Below the pieces are notes generated by a model, which did not search any database, was not told the DNA's origin, and saw nothing but the letters and a program-made list of their open reading frames with translations. 64,000 nt of DNA from Trypanosoma brucei (lineage: Eukaryota): positions 1,088,001 through 1,152,000 of the forward strand of contig CP000067.1 in assembly GCA_000002445.1 (NCBI GenBank). The letters are read 5' to 3'. Both the position numbers and the translations under genes were made by a program. Every line of letters starts with the position of its first letter. The first letter of the stretch is position 1. Shown in pieces: positions 1-9,800 of this stretch.

Positions 1-378
1 TGGTGTATCGTATAACCACTTTTTTCTCACTACAGAAGACACCATAACGGAAAGTGGACCCGCCATCCAAATAATGAGGTCGTACAGTTTATTCATAACC
101 GACTCAATGGAGCTTCCGTTTGGGGGCGGGGTTGCACCTTTTACACGTCATACATTTCAAAGAGTTATCTTTGTAAGTCAAGTACCGATTCTTGGTTCGA
201 TAAGACAAAGTCGTTCGGGAGACGTTGGTGAGGTGTACAGGCCTAAGTGGACTGATTTGGGAAATTGGAGAGTTAGCCAGTAAAAAACAACAAGACACGG
301 TAACAGGAGATATGTAGTGCCGTCAGGAAGCGGGGCGCCAGCACGTTCCCCCTTTCTTGTTCCCTTTTCTGCCTCCCT

Positions 379-1917
379 TCACGTAGGGGGTTCCACATCT
401 GCCTGTGCCATGAGTTGTTGATCAGTGACAATAAAACACAAACCGATGTCTTTTCGAATGCCAGCAGCATTTGTCAGTAAGGTAACACTTCCTGCTGTCA
501 CTGACTCAACTAACGCGAAGCCCATCAACAACCCACGCTTCAGTCGGGACTCAAATACGGCGAATGGAATGCGCTGCAGTGTGCCATCCGGTAGCTCCTC
601 TTGCTCAGTCGCTGTGCTCAACGCCAGCACACGATTTTTGATGTCAACATCTTGTGGGTGCACGTACGTTAGCGCTACGTCCGCTTGTCCGGAAACTGTG
701 GGATCTTGATGGTCTGAATCATCGTCTATCATGGGCATGAAAGTGGAAGTTCCACTTGTGTCACCTCTTCCAATTGTCACAAGACGAATGAGAGAAGCAT
801 CCACTGTAAAGAGTGTGGGCTTCACTGCCATTGTGCGGCTGCCGAAGAAATATTGTAACCAGCACTGGCGGTTAAAAAATGCATCGTCCGGCACCGCCCC
901 GCATTCAGTGGAATCCAATAGAAAAAGCTGTACCTTCAGCCCGTTACTGCACGTTATGGTAGATGGAGTTATTTGGGGGATTTCCGATTGTGCACCGCTC
1001 TCTTGATGCAGCCGCTGTGCTATCTTAAACCGTAACCAGGAGCTGCCAACAACAAAAACGTGATCGATACCTGCGGCAAGTATTGTACTCACAAGCACAT
1101 CTAGTGGGTTTACTTTGGGACGTCCTTCCGGTTTCTCCTCGGCGCATTCCCAAGCCTCCGCATCCTCCACCACTGCGCGACTGATAGTTCCATAGTCGAC
1201 GAAAATCCCGCCCACACGGCACCGGTCACTTCGTGCCATACGCTCTGTACTCAAGCGCATCATTTGACGTAAGATGTGCAAAAAGAGGGCCGGGTCCTCA
1301 TGTTTTTTTGTCCCTTGATGGGAGTGTAAGCCAGGGACAAATGCCATCTCGTTTTCGATGTCTATAGTATACTGCATCGCGTACAGAGAGACTACTCCAG
1401 GGTAACCAAACCGTGGGGCCTCCACCGAGGCATCTAGAAGCAGAGGGTGGTAGCCCAAACGGACAGCGTAGTTGATCAAAGTACGGACGTACGTGCTTGT
1501 GCCAACAGCGCGGCGCTCAGCCACGAAGAGTACATGTGGCCCTATCCCGTCTGCGCCGGTTCGTCGCGCCTTCACACGCTGCACCTCCAAGTGAGTATGA
1601 ATGTCTGCAACTGAGCGTGCCCGTGTAGCATTGCATGTCGTTCCGTAACATATCTGGTGAACAGCGGAGGATGCTGTAAGCACCAATCGGCAGCCTGTAG
1701 GGGAGAAGACAGCGAGAGAACGAGCCACCGGGAGATGGACAACTACGCCTGTCGATAACTCCGTCCCGAATATCTCGGCACGCGGTTCCTCGCCGCCATC
1801 TTCCACTTGAGCAAGAAGCGTAACGGTTGCAGCGCCGCCGCTGCTTGCGGTCGCTAAGCACAGCTCGCCCATCGGTGGTAGCGCATATTCTCGCTCCAGC
1901 AGAGCCGTGTTTGCCAT
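379..1917 (-). CDS. conserved hypothetical protein (512 aa)
   Basis: Long uninterrupted ORF co-directional with all neighbouring genes. Starts at an ATG (cat at 1915-1917). No motif I can recognise. Confidence 0.6.
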   Translation of the reverse strand: MANTALLEREYALPPMGELCLATASSGGAATVTLLAQVEDGGEEPRAEIFGTELSTGVVVHLPVARSLAVFSPTGCRLVLTASSAVHQICYGTTCNATRARSVADIHTHLEVQRVKARRTGADGIGPHVLFVAERRAVGTSTYVRTLINYAVRLGYHPLLLDASVEAPRFGYPGVVSLYAMQYTIDIENEMAFVPGLHSHQGTKKHEDPALFLHILRQMMRLSTERMARSDRCRVGGIFVDYGTISRAVVEDAEAWECAEEKPEGRPKVNPLDVLVSTILAAGIDHVFVVGSSWLRFKIAQRLHQESGAQSEIPQITPSTITCSNGLKVQLFLLDSTECGAVPDDAFFNRQCWLQYFFGSRTMAVKPTLFTVDASLIRLVTIGRGDTSGTSTFMPMIDDDSDHQDPTVSGQADVALTYVHPQDVDIKNRVLALSTATEQEELPDGTLQRIPFAVFESRLKRGLLMGFALVESVTAGSVTLLTNAAGIRKDIGLCFIVTDQQLMAQADVEPPT

Positions 1918-2112
1918 TACTTTCCTACTAGTTTCAACCCTAACTTCCTAGTCAACCAAACGTAAATTTGGGGGTTGGTGCAATGCGTAACAGTCAGGCA
2001 CGCGTATAAACCTACATGTCCGATTCCCACGACGAGCCTGAGATGTGTACGGAGTGTCAACGGCGAAGCGGATGTTATTAACTTGTGTGCAACAACAGCT
2101 TTGAACATTCAC

Positions 2113-2511
2113 CTATACCCAACTGCTATACCCCGTTGGCAACGGCGGGGCTGGGGCTTCAGGAAGGGGCACAATCTGCTCCTCCACTTGTCCATGTGCA
2201 TTCACAACACCACGTCGTAGGAGTCCGGACTCATGCAGGACCCGAGTGACGGCCAAAAGAATGGAAGGTTCCTTCTTCAGCATGGCCTTGATGTCATGGT
2301 GGGCTGTTGGGTCATCAATCTGCCGCCGTAATTCTTTGATGATGCTGTAAATCTCCTCTGTAGCTAAGCCGTATACATCGGCTGGTGGTGTTGGGGGCGG
2401 AAGAGGAGGCATCGGCATGTCTGACACGTTTGAAGATGCGCGACTGTGTGGTGACTCATCACCTTCAGCCTTATTGTAGTCATCATTATTCTCTTCCTCT
2501 TCGAAGTACAT
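2113..2511 (-). CDS. small hypothetical protein (132 aa), proline-rich (PPLPPPTPP) and acidic N-terminus
   Basis: ORF on the same strand as the transcription unit. Short and unassigned, so weak. Confidence 0.4.
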   Translation of the reverse strand: MYFEEEENNDDYNKAEGDESPHSRASSNVSDMPMPPLPPPTPPADVYGLATEEIYSIIKELRRQIDDPTAHHDIKAMLKKEPSILLAVTRVLHESGLLRRGVVNAHGQVEEQIVPLPEAPAPPLPTGYSSWV

Positions 2512-3294
2512 GTGCTACAGATAATGAGCCAGTCGATCAAACTTACCAACAATGGTCTTAATTTTGCTCAACGATTCGAGCAAATGATTGCTGGTTTGGT
2601 GGAACTATGCTTGACCGAGAACAAACGTCAAAATAGTCGGTTTTTGTAACAAGGAATAAGACAAGCGGAGGAGAATGTGTTTTCTCCCGTAGGATTAGGC
2701 ATACTGAGAAGTACGGTGGCGCGCACAGTTTCCTGTGAGCATCAACCAAGCAGAGAGGGATGGCTGCACATTAGCTTCCAAATAACAGTTGTGAAAGGGA
2801 AATTATATATTCATTAAACTGCATCGGCACTTCCCCACGGGACAAACTGATTTCAAAAAGTCACCGTGGCCCCTCTCCCCAGCTGCTAACGTGGCTACAA
2901 GTTGCACATGTTGCGCTCACCTGTGCGGTCATTAAACACAACGCTAACACTGTCCCTTTTTTGTTCACTACATTCAGTCAGTACGAGAGATTAACTCTCG
3001 TACGTGCCAAATGCAGCGGTGCGTGAATACTGGTTTCTTGTTACGGGCCCTCTGTCCCCACATGATGATAATAGATGTCATTGGGAATGAAGACAGAGGA
3101 GGCACCACAAACGAGGTGAGTGTGAAAACGTGATATGAGGGGCAGTTGTTGTTCCAATGATCTAATAGCTGTAAGCTAGACAGCAATTTTAAAGCAATAC
3201 AATGCATACGCAGGCGCTACTGCGTTCTAAAAAAAAAATCTACTTGTCAGTATATGCAAAAAGTAAAACCGCACTTGCCAATGCCCTCGAAATG

Positions 3295-6171
3295 CTACTC
3301 AATTACAAGACGGCTGGCCAGCAAGGTTTGCACATGGTGGCGAACTTCATCACCATGCTGTTGTGCCAACTGCAGCAAACGACCCAACGCACTGTTGAAC
3401 ATGTCGCGCTTCTCCTGGAGTTCGACATCAGCCAAAACCTCCGGTGGCACGTTGGCGCTTGCCTTCTGTATGGTCTGGGTGTAGCGAATAACTGTCTCCC
3501 GGGCTTGCATAATCCCTTCATGTACCTGCTCGCATGCCTTCTGCAGGTTTTCCATGGTAGCTCGCACCCGCTCTCTTTTCTCTATGATCTGACGGAGGTC
3601 TTGCTCCTTGCTTTCCATTACCTGCTGGTAATCATTCAGCTCCATCACGCGTCGACTCACAGCTGCCTTTAAGTCTCGTTGCTGTTGTTGGAGTGCTATG
3701 CGCATTTTTACCATGTCGTGACTCTCCGGCACGGGATCAAACATGTGACGGTAGTTCGAATTGCTCGCGCGAATGACACTTAGCGTCCGTTTCAACTTAT
3801 CCATCTCCCGTTCCATTCGGCTCACGCGGACATCTAAGGTGTCACCACGCAATTGCAAATCCTCCCGCTCGCGCGCTGCCTCCATAACAACTTGCGCTGG
3901 GGTCCAATTCACCTTCTCAGGATCAAGACGCACGAGCTGAACGTCGTAACGGTTCCGAAGACCGGCCAGTGACTTTTGCCTCTCTCGCAAATCTGATGCA
4001 AGACGCCGCCGCTGCTCCTCTACGAGTTTAGCCTCCATCTTCATCATATCATGATGCACGGCAATCTCAGAAAGCCGCTCCGCGATGTCACATGTTAACT
4101 GTCGTTTGCGCTCGGCGAGACTACCGAGCTCACCGTTCCGCTGATGCAATGTGCGCTTCAGATCCTGTAATTGCAGCTCTTGAGTGTCAACAAGCACCAA
4201 CTTCTCTTCGTGTTGTTTGCGAAGCTTTGTCAGTTCGGCAGTGCAGCTGTCGCAACCTAGAGTAAGCTGCAACAACTTCTCCGCTGCAATTTTTTTCTCC
4301 GAAGTGACCCGTTCCAACTCGACATTGGCGTGCCACGTTTCTTCGCGCACACGCTTAACCTGAATCTCCATTGCGCGCTGCTGTTTCATTAAGTCGGCTA
4401 ATGTATTCTGCAAAGTTGCTATTTTTTCTTGCAGCTTGTTGCGCTCATCCAAGGACCGCTCACCCTTGGCGCGGTTAACTTTCCGCTGCATCTGCTGAAC
4501 GGAAAACTCTACAGCGTAAAGCAGCTGCTGCTGCGCAAAGTACTGGCCGTCGAGTTGCCCGATTTTGGTCCTCAGATTCTGAGCTTGCAGTTGCCCACCA
4601 CTTATCTCCGCGAGAAGATCTGATTGTTCCCGGCGCACTTCTTTGAGCCTCTCACTCATCGTAAAATTTTCTTTCTTCAACATTTCAGTCTCCTTATCCA
4701 TCTGCTTTTCAGCATCCTGCGCCTCCTTGAAGAGCCTGCCTATCGTGGCCAACTGCGTCGAAAGATCCGCTCCCTTACTGTACACGCTACTCTTCTGTTC
4801 TTTCAAGTCATCCCTTTTAGCCGTGAGACGTTCGTGAGCTGCTGTTTTGTCGCGCACTGCCACCTTTGACTGCTCCAAACGGATACGGGCGTTGTTGCGC
4901 TCCTTTATGGAGCGTCCAAGTTCCTCTCGTATTGTTTCCACCTCATTCTCCAATCCAGTGACATGCGTTTCCAGTGATGATCGGGTTTGGCGGCTCTTCT
5001 CCGCACGGTGCTCGCGCTCCTCAATGCCCGCTTGCATGAGTGCCTCCTCCGCACGCGCAGCGTCGTAGTCATCGTGCAACTTTTTCAGTGCTACGCGCCG
5101 CTGCTCAATCCATTCAGCCCCTTCCGCGTACTGCTGGGCTGCTGCTCGGATGGAATTGTCACGCTCGCGGATCTCCTTCACAACGCGCTCCCACTCATCG
5201 ATTAAGTCACCGCGCTCTTTGTGTTGGCGCCGGTAGTCTGTCGCCACGCGGTTGAGTTCCAACTGCACACTGCGCATAACTGCGACCTCATCCTGAAGTT
5301 GTCTTCGTCGCTCGCGCAACTGCGCCTCATGCCGCTCAACTGCAATGTCGAGTTGGCGTAACTTTACCGCATCATCTTTCGCATACCGCGCAACAGCCGC
5401 TTCATCCGACTCCTTTTGTTGGCGTGCCGCGTCCCACTGCTCAAGCGCCTCCTGATTGTACGCCATAGAACTCTTCAGCTCCGCCATGCGGAGATTCTCC
5501 GTGAATAAGCGGTCCTGCACGACCTGCAGCCTCTCTTGCACATCTGCCTGCTCCGCCTGCATTTGCATCTGACTCTGCTTGAGCCTACCGCACTCACGAA
5601 GAAGGAGCCGGTACATGTGCGACTCGGACTCCATTTCGCGCCTTTTACTGTCAGCTAGGGCTTGCGTATTTACAATTTCGCCACGCACATTGGCCAGGTG
5701 TTCTTTCACGAACTCCAGACGGCGCCGCTGGTCTTGAATTTCGCGAACATGTCCGTCGTGTATTTCTTCATGGCGTGAGAGTTGCGCGGTAAGTTCCTTG
5801 TTAACCGCGTTCAGCAACTCCAGCGGCAGTGCTTCAGCCGTGGCATCCACGACCTCTAGACTCATATATATATGTATATATAAGTTGTGTCCTCTGGCGG
5901 AAAAGGAATGTTGCAAGGACGAAAAACAAGTTTGTGAATTGTTTGAGAAACCAGCGATAGAAGTGAAGACAATGGGGCTAAATTCAGAAAAGAGTGATGC
6001 GGAGCGATGATCGCCGCCGCACCTCACACGAGAGAGCGCAAAGACGGGGAATATGTGTGCATCCAGGAATTTGTTCATGACGATAGTGAAGAGTCGGCGC
6101 GCGTGTGGTCCATTGGGAAGAGGAGGGGGAAAAACAACAACAATGGTGCGTAGTTTCAAAGAGATGAACAA
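3295..6171 (-). CDS. large coiled-coil protein (about 860-958 aa), E/R/Q/L-rich heptad-like sequence throughout
   Basis: 2.9-kb ORF. Composition is typical of long coiled coils (cytoskeletal or flagellar type). The first ~100 codons of the longest ORF are non-coiled and hydrophobic, and they run through a (TA)n tract at 5866-5885. A more likely start is Met at 5865 (MSLEVVDATAEA...). Confidence 0.7.
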   Translation of the reverse strand: MFISLKLRTIVVVFPPPLPNGPHARRLFTIVMNKFLDAHIFPVFALSRVRCGGDHRSASLFSEFSPIVFTSIAGFSNNSQTCFSSLQHSFSARGHNLYIHIYMSLEVVDATAEALPLELLNAVNKELTAQLSRHEEIHDGHVREIQDQRRRLEFVKEHLANVRGEIVNTQALADSKRREMESESHMYRLLLRECGRLKQSQMQMQAEQADVQERLQVVQDRLFTENLRMAELKSSMAYNQEALEQWDAARQQKESDEAAVARYAKDDAVKLRQLDIAVERHEAQLRERRRQLQDEVAVMRSVQLELNRVATDYRRQHKERGDLIDEWERVVKEIRERDNSIRAAAQQYAEGAEWIEQRRVALKKLHDDYDAARAEEALMQAGIEEREHRAEKSRQTRSSLETHVTGLENEVETIREELGRSIKERNNARIRLEQSKVAVRDKTAAHERLTAKRDDLKEQKSSVYSKGADLSTQLATIGRLFKEAQDAEKQMDKETEMLKKENFTMSERLKEVRREQSDLLAEISGGQLQAQNLRTKIGQLDGQYFAQQQLLYAVEFSVQQMQRKVNRAKGERSLDERNKLQEKIATLQNTLADLMKQQRAMEIQVKRVREETWHANVELERVTSEKKIAAEKLLQLTLGCDSCTAELTKLRKQHEEKLVLVDTQELQLQDLKRTLHQRNGELGSLAERKRQLTCDIAERLSEIAVHHDMMKMEAKLVEEQRRRLASDLRERQKSLAGLRNRYDVQLVRLDPEKVNWTPAQVVMEAAREREDLQLRGDTLDVRVSRMEREMDKLKRTLSVIRASNSNYRHMFDPVPESHDMVKMRIALQQQQRDLKAAVSRRVMELNDYQQVMESKEQDLRQIIEKRERVRATMENLQKACEQVHEGIMQARETVIRYTQTIQKASANVPPEVLADVELQEKRDMFNSALGRLLQLAQQHGDEVRHHVQTLLASRLVIE

Positions 6172-7184
6172 AACGGCAATTGGATACCGGCCGCTCAGGT
6201 GAATCGTTGAAGTTTCTTTATCCCTCTTTATGCATGTATATGTGTGTCACCACATGATAGGCCGGGAAGGAGTGCAAAATGTGCAGTTCTTAACAAAACA
6301 TGTATGATTTCCAATCACCAGTTGGTCGTAATGCAGAAAGTACACTGAAGGTACAACTCCCCTTCAACAGCCAGACGAGGAGGTGTGTGGCAACTCAAAA
6401 CCCCTGCGCCAGTGAAAAAAAACACGAGAAAATACTCACCAGAGTTCCGTTCGTTGCACGTTTACCCCTGCGACAGAATAACAGTACCTTCACGTGGCAC
6501 ACGTAACGCACAGCTCGGCGAAACATGCCCGCGCAAATCAGCGAAAAAAAAAGGACAAGGTTAATCGCAGATACACCGAAAAAGAAACTAAGGATTACAG
6601 TGGGAAAAGAAAGGGACATGATCCGCTGTTGTTTTCTGCATTATTTTGGTATCCTTCACATAGGCCATTCGCCCTGTTCCAATTAGCACTCGTACCTCTC
6701 CCTCCCCCACAGTCGCTGATGCCAAACCAAATTCGACACCAACCCAAACAGGTCCGAAATAAATGCGCGGGAAGACATACCAACGCAGGGAATTGCCAAG
6801 GAAGAATGTTAAAAATAAGATGTGATAGGAGGACGGTTTGGGTCCCGGCACCTTCAACAGCAACTCAAATACATAACGTGTGGAGCCAAAACACCACTAC
6901 TGAATGGGGAGTTGCAGTCAGCACAGAAGTAGCGTAACACTTTTTTTTCTTGTTCGTATTTTCTTTGTGTCTTCATTGAAATCGTTGCTGCCGAAGACCG
7001 GACGCCATCGCCAGGGGACACAACACACACCAACTCACTCTCAACCGTGCAGCCTTACTCTCTCCGCCTAGCAGTGCACTTGAGTAATAATACACTGTGT
7101 AGACGTCTTGCCGGAGCGGAAAAAATAAAAACGAAGAGGGGGATAAAATGAGCATGTAAACAAACAAATGATACGCTGAGATTG

Positions 7185-9173
7185 TCATAAGTTCCACGTC
7201 AGCCCGCAGCGAAGATGGTGAAACGCCTCCGTTGCCGAGGGTCGCAATACGGCTTTATCGACCGACTGACCCTCAACAAGACCTGACAAAAGTTTCATAC
7301 CGTCCCTACCAAACTTCAACCACCAGTTAAAACTACACTCAAAGGACGAGGGCGCAAGGGTGTTGAAGGCGTCCTCTCTGGCACGTGGCCTGCTAGTCAA
7401 GGAGAATCCCATAGATGCTCGCGGTGGGTTCTTGAAGGAGTCCATCAAACAGGCGTTCGCATAAATCATTCCACCTGGTTTTCTCCAACCGGTTTGAGAC
7501 GCTCCGTCAACGAGCATTTTGGATTCGTCCCGCAACTTGCCGCCGAAGCCCAATTCCATGGAGAGCACCGTATACCACCTTGAGGCGTAGTGCATACCCG
7601 GATATATGTCACGGAATCCGCGTATGAGACCCGCATCCCACACCGGGCCTTGCGTAGCCCAGAATAAAGAGTGTTCTCCGCTCCTGACCGCGTGGCTCCC
7701 ATGGCTTCCGTTGACTTGGACGTCCGAAAATGTTTGCTTCCACTGCCCAGCGGTAAGCGGCTGCACGAGGGACGATTTGTTTCGAAGCCGAAGAAAGAAA
7801 CGGTCCGCGCGGAGTGGCAGCTCAACCCACCACTCCGACCACAGTTTACCGAAGAATGTCAATGAACGCTCAGCGCTATTGAAGTCCACGCCGGGACCAC
7901 CAGCCCACCGCAAACAGTACGTTGCACGTGGAAAAAGCCAACGCAAAAATGGTGATGTGAAGTGCTGAACAAAGCTGTCATACTCATCCAGCACTAACAA
8001 TGAAGTAATTCTTTGATTCGGTGCCCTCTCTGGGATACAAGTGGTACCCTTCACGGTGAGTGAGTAACGTGGGTTGCGAAATTGCAGTGACGCACGAAAC
8101 CCCGACTCACGAAGTTTTGCGGTAATGATTTCCGTCTCCGTCTCCTTCCCCTCGGCCTCCGCCTCTTCTGTCATGCCAACTACTGCAGTCTCACCTGCAG
8201 ACAGATGGTTCATTTCTGGTGACTTGCTACGTGTCTTGCAGAGCACCAGGCGCTCAGTACGCACTTGATTGGCGTGCCCATCCAAGTAAATGGCATCAAC
8301 ATCCCGCCACAACCTCACCCGATCCCCAAAGTCCTCGGAGAGTTCTCTCGGGAACTCTCGCGCAAAAGATACAGCCAGAACTAAGTCATTCCACGGCATG
8401 CGGAGCGGGCCAACAGCGTCGCCAACAATAGGGACACGTGCATGTGGGACCTTTTGATAACAACTCCCACGCAGGAAGTATGGAAACCATTGCTGCTTCT
8501 CAGTTGCGACAGTGACGTCGTGGTGCCACTGTGGGAAAACGAGGAACCTTGTGGGGCCGCGGGGAAGCGGCATGTGGAAATAACCACCAAAATACGGTCG
8601 CAACCATCCCGAGTGTCCGTTGTGGCCACGAGCGGCTTCCGCTTCTTCAATGCTCCTCACAAGGTTCTCCCTATTCTTCTTCCTCAACATCTCAGCGAAT
8701 ACGTGGCGGGATGGCTCCTCCTGCACGCTCCTGACGCGAGCTTCATGAGCATGTTTGGGAGAGGATTCCTGAAGTTTTACGCGGAGAACGCGATGCGGTT
8801 TCCCCACTGTTCCGGTAGTGGCAGCGGAATCTTCAACCTCCTCAACAACCGTTTCAATTGTGGAGCCCCTTCGCAGTGGGTAAGTTGGTGATGCTGCCTC
8901 ATATATTGGTGAGCTGTACCTGAATTTCTCCCAGCGGAGAGCCTTGCAGGCGGTAACGTCATTCTCCAATTGAACTAACAGTGCTTCTGTAGCGTTTTTA
9001 ATGTTATCATTCCCCTTTGTTGTTGGTGCAGCACTGGTGTCACTCCTTGACGGTAACGTAGTTGATGTGTGTGCGCGGTATCGTGAGAAAAACCACTGGA
9101 GGCAGGCGTCGTCACGCGCTATGGAAGAGTTGTGCAGTTCAAAATCTACCCGAGGCTCCTTAACTGCAGTCAT
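7185..9173 (-). CDS. conserved hypothetical protein (662 aa), Trp/aromatic-rich
   Basis: Long ORF co-directional with neighbours. No confident motif. Confidence 0.6.
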   Translation of the reverse strand: MTAVKEPRVDFELHNSSIARDDACLQWFFSRYRAHTSTTLPSRSDTSAAPTTKGNDNIKNATEALLVQLENDVTACKALRWEKFRYSSPIYEAASPTYPLRRGSTIETVVEEVEDSAATTGTVGKPHRVLRVKLQESSPKHAHEARVRSVQEEPSRHVFAEMLRKKNRENLVRSIEEAEAARGHNGHSGWLRPYFGGYFHMPLPRGPTRFLVFPQWHHDVTVATEKQQWFPYFLRGSCYQKVPHARVPIVGDAVGPLRMPWNDLVLAVSFAREFPRELSEDFGDRVRLWRDVDAIYLDGHANQVRTERLVLCKTRSKSPEMNHLSAGETAVVGMTEEAEAEGKETETEIITAKLRESGFRASLQFRNPRYSLTVKGTTCIPERAPNQRITSLLVLDEYDSFVQHFTSPFLRWLFPRATYCLRWAGGPGVDFNSAERSLTFFGKLWSEWWVELPLRADRFFLRLRNKSSLVQPLTAGQWKQTFSDVQVNGSHGSHAVRSGEHSLFWATQGPVWDAGLIRGFRDIYPGMHYASRWYTVLSMELGFGGKLRDESKMLVDGASQTGWRKPGGMIYANACLMDSFKNPPRASMGFSLTSRPRAREDAFNTLAPSSFECSFNWWLKFGRDGMKLLSGLVEGQSVDKAVLRPSATEAFHHLRCGLTWNL

Positions 9174-9800
9174 TGCGCACCCTAAACAAAGGTATGTATG
9201 TCCTTTCTCTTCCTTTACAAAAGTTTTTGACTGTTTTGACCCATACTACTACACACACAACGGGTAGGGATTAGAAATACATTAGAAACAATGATGCCAA
9301 AGAAACACTGTGCGCAATGAACAACCGTTTAAAAGTTTACTCCGGGATGCATCCCTGCTGGTACCCAAAGCACGAATGTACGAAAAACACGTCCCGCTGA
9401 AGCCGGTACTGTGATTCGATGCATAGGTAAGAAATTCATCTGTGTGACCACCATGTGTGCATCATCGGAGATGTTGTTTTAGCGGTAAGCGTCTGCTTTA
9501 GGGGTGTGTTACGAGCAAAAAAGAAAAAATGACGAGGCAACAAATGAGCAAATCTCAAAAAAAAAAACATAACACGATGTTTCACAGTGACCTCCGGCCT
9601 TGTTGAAACCTTACCAAAGCACAGGAAAGACATCTGACTTGCTTCCTCATTGCAGTTGCCTTCTTTTTCCACTGCTCTCCCCGTGTGCCGCTCCTCACCC
9701 AAACAACAACTCGCGGCACATCCCACTGCAGTTTGTGTGAATAATTAAATTACCCCTCCCCTCAGAGGATCACAGCCTCTGGTATCAAAAAGAGTTCATG

